Virus record (IMG/VR): IMGVR_UViG_3300012979_000031
Coordinates: 30,807-94,806 of that record
Length of the DNA stretch: 64,000 nt
Reading direction: 5' to 3' (one strand)
Source: a virus
Taxonomy: Duplodnaviria > Caudoviricetes
The notes under the pieces: generated by a model
What the model saw: the letters and a program-made list of their open reading frames with translations, nothing else
Databases searched by the model: none
Told to the model about the DNA's origin: nothing
Made by a program: the position numbers and the translations under genes
Shown here: positions 57,701 through 64,000 of the stretch, in pieces
How positions within the stretch are numbered: the stretch's first letter is position 1
Layout of the letters: the number at the start of each line of letters is the position of its first letter

Positions 57701-59095
57701 GGACAATCAACTAGTAGCGAATGTAGAGATGGATTGTTATTTGTAGAGATCTTATTTAAGAATATATCAAGTAGTGGTGTAGTATTAAAAATAGATTCAC
57801 TAAAATGTTATACAGATAATCCAGCTCTTACAAAATATTTCAGAGTCAGCTTCTATAATGGAAATCATGGATGTAGTATCTGGGCAGCTCAACCTTACGA
57901 ATGGACTTTGACTTGCCTTTCAGATTCTATATTTAATGCTTCAACTAGAACAAATGTTTATCCAGAGAACTTACTAATTCCAGATGACGGAGCTTTCACA
58001 ATTCCGGTTTGCTATATAGACAGCTCTTTTGAACAAATACAGGCAGATTGGAATACTACAGTTACAACAGATCCATCCTATATAAAGAATAAACCTGACA
58101 TCTTAGGCTATACTAGTGGAGATGTTTATGCAGTACCTTATCAATCATCAGGAAGTAATGAATTAAGTGGAGTAAATACAGCACTTTATTTTACTGAGGA
58201 TTATGGTATAAGGTCTCCACAATCTACATCTACAGGTAATTATGCTGTTGCATTGGGTGATAGTAAAGCAGACGGACCATATTCATTATCTGCGGGATGT
58301 GATTCAGAAGCATCCGGTAACTCATCTATGGCATTAGGATATGAATGTAAATCTAAGTCACCATTCTCTTTTGCCGCTGGTTGTCAAGCAGAGGTATCGT
58401 CTGGTATAACTTCTACTGGTGCAGTATCTATAGGTTATCACACACTAGCTGACGGTAGGTATATGACAGCTCTTGGCTCATATAATGCGGGTGTATCTGA
58501 TGGAAGAACATTACATGGATTAACTACATCTTGGTTTCCATATCTTGTTGTTGGAGATGGAACTAATTCTTCAAGAAGAAATGCCTTTAGTGTATGGTCT
58601 AATTCGTCAAGTACTCCTAGAGCATTCCTTAATACACAGGAAATTGCAACACAGAATTGGGCTAAAGAAAATTTCTACTCTAAGCCATGGTTTGATGTAT
58701 ATGTGGCAGTAACTATTACACCGCAAAAAGATGTGACATTTGCATTAGATACATCACATTCATACAACTTGGACGGCTGGTCTTTAGCAAACTCTACAAA
58801 GAACTCGGATAGTTACGGTGATTACTGCGACCTCTCTTTTTCCAAATCGGGTGAATTTGACAGCCAAATCAGCAATAAGATTAATAAGTCTGAGTTCTCA
58901 TGTAGTGTACAGAATGTGTATGGTCTAGGAAATTCAAAAGTTAATATATATGATTTCTATGCTAGAGATTATACTCACAAACTTATATTCAGACTATACC
59001 CACATGGTATGGGACATTTTATGATATTTGAGAATAACTCTAGCAGTAATGTTACTCATTACATCAGAATTATAGCATACAGTGCTTATCTGTGA
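54794..59095 (+). CDS. Tail fibre with four repeated beta modules and YadA-head-like repeats
   Basis: ATG at 54794 (MADIKVYG); four ..VDNP/VDNQ/TDNP modules; QADWN...YIKNKP; GNYAVALG/GNSSMALG repeats. Confidence 0.7.
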   Translation: MADIKVYGTLVKETEDNKIAYANQVYHKRRKKDVATILDELEDTVAQLPPPTDQTYKGRINITDLLALTDQNENDLYLVYASGNDSEGWSVDNTFTLNNVEYPDGTFIQWMVGEWVAVNPEEVEIGVTPIFQELQPKIGLISTTFTESSYPELYGAWRDGMKIAEIYNYKVGDDGRLYIPDEEIRTGRYGGRTNKRTISIPWCRSYASGVTGVTRNYTGGLLKDADYERLMESARVFILDSDKTTSVTTIDDNGTAPYNSSYGTTEISVSNNDVALEIREGFLLSITNKQLSVDQDHRNVRIKFTSATNTLEPIPLFDVDGTILDGYKEIQPGKTTNLFQYRIGMATGNGFYKILTEGNIKEIQVNGQTVTNEDGIINLEVDSTSARSLQTRAELTTSAWNTVLNNLFGTTTPTDTVWEEIGYFTVDNSGADLVIEKSAVFSVRCDYFENFFSTVGCQIRLVKNNSQYDVAAISCIVDNPGLREYFTLAYKKSTGRCSLLVRRDNAAQQIFLYCISSLNNFLQSSDTSWYSYSSIVSSYGTGNFEVGKYNGSIVIGDTEYIPTRDGQYIIEAFPDHHLKSNYSQFTGWSEVGYGSYEDFYSYKKSLTYSISERTQASTSTDKTNTSGILTLTLFGTSNHDNYRFETFDCVVDNQKLVDKIRMTYDKNAPSDKNIKIYVKCDFPYQEWTLQDLSGTSTFKCTTRELGDNDYLANVTKPTTGQIASSTFSGGGTITEVQLNGQTVSTTGVANVQALPLRYFYSSGNNGTTYTNKWREIAYSLVSDNNSVLSFSQVFSVRERIGSLSKYGGIMVVTARVSYGSATHISCDVDNPNLTGLFKAVYDNSTGRLSIFGKAIGGWNCWGLTSISDINTFAQGLDVLVDEPSTPASGMIATSSSYTSGGEGTITEVQLNGQTVSTSGVANVEAMPLKKFVLSAGGYSGNWKEIAVKDEIHLLNICYPNAYTEVFSVRGQSTSSECRDGLLFVEILFKNISSSGVVLKIDSLKCYTDNPALTKYFRVSFYNGNHGCSIWAAQPYEWTLTCLSDSIFNASTRTNVYPENLLIPDDGAFTIPVCYIDSSFEQIQADWNTTVTTDPSYIKNKPDILGYTSGDVYAVPYQSSGSNELSGVNTALYFTEDYGIRSPQSTSTGNYAVALGDSKADGPYSLSAGCDSEASGNSSMALGYECKSKSPFSFAAGCQAEVSSGITSTGAVSIGYHTLADGRYMTALGSYNAGVSDGRTLHGLTTSWFPYLVVGDGTNSSRRNAFSVWSNSSSTPRAFLNTQEIATQNWAKENFYSKPWFDVYVAVTITPQKDVTFALDTSHSYNLDGWSLANSTKNSDSYGDYCDLSFSKSGEFDSQISNKINKSEFSCSVQNVYGLGNSKVNIYDFYARDYTHKLIFRLYPHGMGHFMIFENNSSSNVTHYIRIIAYSAYL

Positions 59096-59125
59096 TAACG
59101 ATAAGAAAATTCTAAAAAGAAGAAG

Positions 59126-59158
59126 AGGCCCTATGTTGAAATATACGTAGGGCTTTTT
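59126..59158 (+). terminator. Terminator between fibre genes
   Basis: AGGCCCTATGT...ACGTAGGGCTT plus T run. Confidence 0.65.
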
Positions 59159-59176
59159 AAATTAAGTATAAATATT

Positions 59177-62100
59177 ATGGCAGATATTAAAGTATATGGT
59201 ACCTTGGTTAATGAAACTGAGGATAATAAAATCGCATATGCTAATCAAGTGTATCACATCGGAAGGGAGAATGATGTTGCTACGCTAATTGATGACCTAT
59301 ATTCAAGAACTTCAAATCTCCCAGAACCATCAGAACAATCTTATAAGGGTCAGATTAACATTGAGGATTTATTAGAGATATCTGGTGATGATAAAAAACC
59401 TGGCGACCTTTACTTAGTTTATTCAGGAGGAAATAGCGAAGATGGCTGGAATTCTGGAGGTACTTTTGAAATAGGTGATAGGATTTACGATGATGGTACT
59501 TTTATATTGTGGAACGGTGAATCTTGGGTAGGTATTGATGGAAGTGAGGTTAAGACAAAGAAAGCTGCTATGTTCGACCCTCTTCAAAATAAAGTAGCCC
59601 TGATTGAAACTGTATATCCACAAACTTCTTATGACAGCCTAGTATCAGAAGAGAAATATGGTCTACCTATTGCTAAGATTGGTTGTTACGAACTAGAAGA
59701 AGAGACTGACGTATATAAACCAGTTAACGTAAAGATTGGTGATTCTCAGACTTCCTATAAAACTATCTACGTACCTTATGCTCATCAACAGGATAGTAAC
59801 TACACTGGAGGAATGTTAACCTCTAATGATTATCAGTTATTTAAGGAGCTCCCTAGATTACTCCCTCTCACTGATGATATGGTAGACGTTACAACTTCTG
59901 AACCGATTAGCCTAGAACCTTACAATAACTCTTACGGAATCACTAATATAGTAGTTCACGATGATATTATTTCTGAACTTAGAGAGGGAACAGTTTTAAT
60001 GCCTATTGTTGGAACTAAGCTTAATGTTAGTCAAGAATATAGGAATGTAAGAATAAAGTTTGGTAGAGATAATTCCTGGATCCCTTTACTCTCTGATGAT
60101 AATACTCTTGTGGACGGTAGTGAATATTTTAAACCTTCTAGGTTCAACCTTTATCAGTATAGAATAGATAATCTTTCTGGAGTATTCTATAAGCTTCAAG
60201 GTGGTGGAGGTGATGGTAAGGTTAAAGATGTACTAGTAGATGGTGTTTCAGTTCTAGATAGTAATGGAATAGCTGATATTACTGGAGGTTTACAAGGTCC
60301 GAAAGGTGATAAAGGAGATAAAGGCGATCCATTTACCTACTCTGATTTTACTCAAGCTCAACTAAATTCACTGAAAGGAGCTAAGGGTGATAAGGGAGAT
60401 CCATTTACTTATTCCGACTTTACTCAGGCTCAACTAGATGAATTAAAAGGTCCGAAAGGCGATAAAGGAGACCAGGGAGATAAGGGAGATGCTTTTACCT
60501 ATTCAGATTTTACTCAAGCTCAATTAACAGGACTGAAGGGAGAGAAAGGTGATCCGTTTGTTTATTCTGATTTCACCCAGGCACAACTAGATTCTCTTAA
60601 GGGACCAAAAGGCGACAAGGGAGATAAAGGTGATGATGGTACAGGTATTTCAATTACAGGTTCAGAAGAAAACTACGATGCCATTATAAATCTACATCCG
60701 TCTGCTGAAAATGGAGAAGCCTATCTTGCAATGGATACTGGTTTACTTTATATATACGCTAATGGATGGCCTGCCCAGAATGAAGGTATCCAGTTTAAGG
60801 GAGATAAAGGTGACAAAGGAGATAAGGGTGATGCTTTTACTTACTCAGACTTTACTCAGGCTCAACTAGAATCTCTTAAAGGTCCGAAGGGTGATAAGGG
60901 AGATAAAGGAGATGCATTTGTTTATTCCGATTTTACTTCCTCTCAGTTAGCTAGTCTAAAGGGTGAAAAAGGAGATAAAGGAGATAAAGGAGACGCTTTT
61001 ACCTATTCAGATTTTACTCAGTCACAGCTAGATTCTCTTAAAGGTCCGAAAGGTGATAAGGGAGATAAGGGAGATGCTTTTGTTTATTCTGACTTTACTT
61101 CTGAACAACTGGCTGGATTAAAAGGACCTAAAGGAGATGCTTTTACCTATTCAGATTTTACTCAAGCTCAATTGGATTCTCTTAAAGGTCCAAAGGGAGA
61201 TAAGGGTGATAAAGGTGATGACGGTACAGGTATTTCAATTACAGGTTCAGAAAATACTTACAATGATATCATAACTAACCATCCGACAGTTAATAATGGA
61301 GAAGCCTACCTTGCAATGGATACTGGACTACTCTATATTTATGCTAACGGTTGGCCTGCTCAGAGTGAAGGTATACAATTTAAGGGTGATAAAGGAGATA
61401 AAGGTGATAAGGGAGATACAGGAACTACGCCTACTATTGCTGTCGCTAAGGGTTCTCATTTTACATCAACCGGAACACCTAACGTAACAGCTTCTACCTC
61501 TGGAACAACAACTACTTTCACTTTCGATTACATGAAGGGAGCTAAAGGAGATAAGGGAGACGCTTTTACCTATTCTGACTTTACTTCTTCTCAATTGGCA
61601 GCTCTAAAGGGTGATAAAGGAGACAAGGGAGATAAAGGTGATACGGGAACTACGCCTACTATCACTGTTGCTAAAGGATCTCATTTTGAAACTCCAGGTA
61701 CCCCTAACGTCACTTCATCTACTTCAGGAACAACAACCACATTTACCTTTGACTACATGAAAGGAGCGAAGGGAGATAAAGGAGATGCATTCACTTATTC
61801 TGACTTTACTTCTGAACAGCTTGCAGGATTGAAGGGTGAAAAAGGTGATAAGGGTGATTCTGGTACGACACCTACTATTGCTGTTGCTAAAGGATCTCAC
61901 TTCGGAACAGCTGGTACTCCTAACGTTACAGCATTTACCTCCGGAACAACAACTACCTTTACCTTCGACTACATGAAAGGAGCTAAAGGAGATACAGGAA
62001 CTACACCTACTATTGCTGTCGCTAAGGGATCTCATTTCGGAACAGCTGGTACTCCTAATGTTACTTCATCTACTTCGGGAACTACTACTACCTTTACTTT

Positions 62101-64000
62101 TGACTATATGAAGGGAGCAAAGGGAGATAAGGGTGATCCATTTACTTATTCTGATTTTACTCAAGAACAATTAGCGGGATTAAAAGGAGATAAAGGAGAC
62201 ACTGGAACTACGCCAACAATTCTAGTAGCTAAAGGATCTCATTTCGGAACAGCTGGTACTCCGAATGTTACTTCATCTACTTCAGGGACTACAACTACCT
62301 TTACATTTGATTATATGAAAGGTGCGAAGGGTGATAAGGGAGATGCTTTTACTTACTCTGATTTCACTTCTTCTCAATTAGCTAGTCTAAAGGGTCCGAA
62401 GGGAGATAAGGGTGATGCAGGTTCTCCAGGTTACTCTCCTTCAGCTACTGTTTCTGCTACTTCTGGTGGCGGTGCTTTAATTACAATAACTGATGCTAAT
62501 GGAACGACATCTACAGTAGTTAGTGATAAGAAACATTTTATAATTACAGAAGACATGTTTGAGATTACAACTGATAGTACTTCAGGTGTTTCTCCGTATA
62601 ATTCTTCTTATGGTTATACTAATGTTACTATAAACGGTAATGCTGATGTAGAATGGGTAGAAGGAGCTCTTTATTGTTTCATTATTAATACGAAAGTAGC
62701 TACAAGTAATTATAGAAATGTTAGAGTTAGAATAGGAACAGGAGATTGGAAACCTTTATGTGGAACAGGAAGTACAATAGCAACTGGTTCATCAGTCTTT
62801 ATTAAATCTACTACTTCTGTATTTATCTACAAAACTGTTCATTATAGTACTGGATCTTTAAATGCTCTATGGGATACTAATACAACCTATACAATGAATT
62901 ATCAGGTAGAGGCAGGTATTCAGAAAGCAGGTATAGGAAGTTATGCAGTTAATAGATATGCTCTAGTAATGCAAAAACCTGACTTAACTTGGGAGAGATT
63001 AACTGATACTTCTCAAAACTATTCTACAGGTACTACAAAGACTGTTAATACTAGAGGTTTCTTATTAAATAGAATTAGATACTATAATACTACTGCTGTT
63101 TGTGCTAATGGAGCTAGTATTGCATCAAATACTCTACAATCTCAAGCCGCCACATTAGACCTAAGATACTCTACAAACTGCGGTAATACTACAACATGGA
63201 CTGCCGGAGATAGAATGTACTTGGTAGGAACTCTAGGGAATGATGGTTTATTCTACCTAGATCCTACTACATGGTGGACAAATACATTACCTACTTCTAA
63301 TGATGGTAAGTTGTATATTATGTTTGGTATTGTAATTACTAGCTCTTCTTATTCAGTTTCATTATTAGCAGAGAGACTTATTCTTTATCATGATGGAACT
63401 GGAGTAAAGATTTATGAAGTCAGCGGTATTACTAATCTTGTTACAACTACGGAAGATGGTATTGTTCCTAAGATTACTACTCCGAGCGGTGGATACTTAA
63501 AGGGTAGTTCGGGAGGTACAACTTGGGTCAATGATCTTGCAGTCTCTAGGTTACTTACTAATGAAAATCTTAATAACGTACTAGATCCAGGTTTTTATAA
63601 TGCAGCTAGTGGAAATACTTGTACTAATGTTAAAACTTCTGGAAATGCATTTGGCTTAGAGGTTATTCACTGTTCTGATGGAAATTATTATAATCAAATT
63701 CTTCACGATAGCCAAGGAACTGATTATAGAAGAACTAATAAAAATGGTACATGGAGTTCTTGGAGTACAGTTTATTATACCGACACAAATACAAAAGTTA
63801 CAAGTGCAGCCAATCACTATACACCAGCTACAGATAATGCTTCTGAAATAGTGGCTAATGCAAGTGGAGCTACAGCAGCTTGGTCTATTGATGTTGTAAA
63901 AGGAGTAACATTAGAAAGGGATACTAAGGGACATGTAACTGGTCTTAGCGTAACTTCTGGTAAAATTCCAAGCAACCCTAATACTGATACAAAAGTTACA
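59177..64000 (+). CDS. Collagen-like tail fibre, truncated by the window end; absent from the ORF track
   Basis: ATG at 59177 (MADIKVYGTLVNETEDNK); frame appears open to 64000 (...DTKVT); extensive GxKGDKGD repeats. Confidence 0.8.
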   Translation, partial: MADIKVYGTLVNETEDNKIAYANQVYHIGRENDVATLIDDLYSRTSNLPEPSEQSYKGQINIEDLLEISGDDKKPGDLYLVYSGGNSEDGWNSGGTFEIGDRIYDDGTFILWNGESWVGIDGSEVKTKKAAMFDPLQNKVALIETVYPQTSYDSLVSEEKYGLPIAKIGCYELEEETDVYKPVNVKIGDSQTSYKTIYVPYAHQQDSNYTGGMLTSNDYQLFKELPRLLPLTDDMVDVTTSEPISLEPYNNSYGITNIVVHDDIISELREGTVLMPIVGTKLNVSQEYRNVRIKFGRDNSWIPLLSDDNTLVDGSEYFKPSRFNLYQYRIDNLSGVFYKLQGGGGDGKVKDVLVDGVSVLDSNGIADITGGLQGPKGDKGDKGDPFTYSDFTQAQLNSLKGAKGDKGDPFTYSDFTQAQLDELKGPKGDKGDQGDKGDAFTYSDFTQAQLTGLKGEKGDPFVYSDFTQAQLDSLKGPKGDKGDKGDDGTGISITGSEENYDAIINLHPSAENGEAYLAMDTGLLYIYANGWPAQNEGIQFKGDKGDKGDKGDAFTYSDFTQAQLESLKGPKGDKGDKGDAFVYSDFTSSQLASLKGEKGDKGDKGDAFTYSDFTQSQLDSLKGPKGDKGDKGDAFVYSDFTSEQLAGLKGPKGDAFTYSDFTQAQLDSLKGPKGDKGDKGDDGTGISITGSENTYNDIITNHPTVNNGEAYLAMDTGLLYIYANGWPAQSEGIQFKGDKGDKGDKGDTGTTPTIAVAKGSHFTSTGTPNVTASTSGTTTTFTFDYMKGAKGDKGDAFTYSDFTSSQLAALKGDKGDKGDKGDTGTTPTITVAKGSHFETPGTPNVTSSTSGTTTTFTFDYMKGAKGDKGDAFTYSDFTSEQLAGLKGEKGDKGDSGTTPTIAVAKGSHFGTAGTPNVTAFTSGTTTTFTFDYMKGAKGDTGTTPTIAVAKGSHFGTAGTPNVTSSTSGTTTTFTFDYMKGAKGDKGDPFTYSDFTQEQLAGLKGDKGDTGTTPTILVAKGSHFGTAGTPNVTSSTSGTTTTFTFDYMKGAKGDKGDAFTYSDFTSSQLASLKGPKGDKGDAGSPGYSPSATVSATSGGGALITITDANGTTSTVVSDKKHFIITEDMFEITTDSTSGVSPYNSSYGYTNVTINGNADVEWVEGALYCFIINTKVATSNYRNVRVRIGTGDWKPLCGTGSTIATGSSVFIKSTTSVFIYKTVHYSTGSLNALWDTNTTYTMNYQVEAGIQKAGIGSYAVNRYALVMQKPDLTWERLTDTSQNYSTGTTKTVNTRGFLLNRIRYYNTTAVCANGASIASNTLQSQAATLDLRYSTNCGNTTTWTAGDRMYLVGTLGNDGLFYLDPTTWWTNTLPTSNDGKLYIMFGIVITSSSYSVSLLAERLILYHDGTGVKIYEVSGITNLVTTTEDGIVPKITTPSGGYLKGSSGGTTWVNDLAVSRLLTNENLNNVLDPGFYNAASGNTCTNVKTSGNAFGLEVIHCSDGNYYNQILHDSQGTDYRRTNKNGTWSSWSTVYYTDTNTKVTSAANHYTPATDNASEIVANASGATAAWSIDVVKGVTLERDTKGHVTGLSVTSGKIPSNPNTDTKVT
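60295..62432 (+). repeat. Mosaic collagen repeat array
   Basis: By hand count: 13 D(P/A)F(T/V)YSDFT..QL..LKG units, 2 GTGISITGSE...GWPAQ.EGIQF modules and 5 GTTPTI.VAKGSHF...FTFDYMKG modules joined by Gly-X-Y runs. Confidence 0.9.

Noticed and set aside
60295-62432. Repeat array as CRISPR or as a diversity-generating retroelement TR/VR pair
   Set aside because: Variation is mostly synonymous within a collagen-coding frame, is not adenine-specific, and no reverse transcriptase is in the window
1-64000. Alternative genetic code (TAG/TGA recoding as in some gut phages)
   Set aside because: Long ORFs tile the window under the standard code, and TAG and TGA both end genes at sensible positions (e.g. 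36792, 13-kb-region neighbours, 29759)

Overview
AT-rich segment of a large tailed dsDNA phage with a contractile tail (myovirus-like), read in the standard genetic code. The host is probably Bacteroidota: the leaders are A-rich without Shine-Dalgarno sites, the promoter-like boxes resemble TAnnTTTG, and BACON-like domains are present. The + strand carries a virion morphogenesis region: tail sheath, neck, a second sheath paralogue, tube, chaperone pair, tape measure with a lysozyme-like domain, hub, spike, baseplate wedge, and large fibre genes, the last of which is collagen-like and runs off the window. A ~6.6 kb minus-strand island (29.8-36.4 kb) splits the baseplate genes. It encodes a formate/nitrite channel, an OFA-type MFS transporter, a frameshifted GIY-YIG/T5orf172-like gene and an SF2-helicase-like protein, next to a palindrome-rich intergenic region that may be a replication origin. 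The most striking unexplained signal is in 0.1-12.7 kb. About 14 otherwise diverse small proteins, many of them glycine-zipper or amphipathic, start with the same short motif (M-hydrophobic-x-hydrophobic-R/K-x-K-x-F/Y). The motif recurs internally at apparent domain junctions, suggesting a shared virion-packaging or proteolytic processing tag. All functional calls come from motif recognition and gene order by eye; no searches were run.
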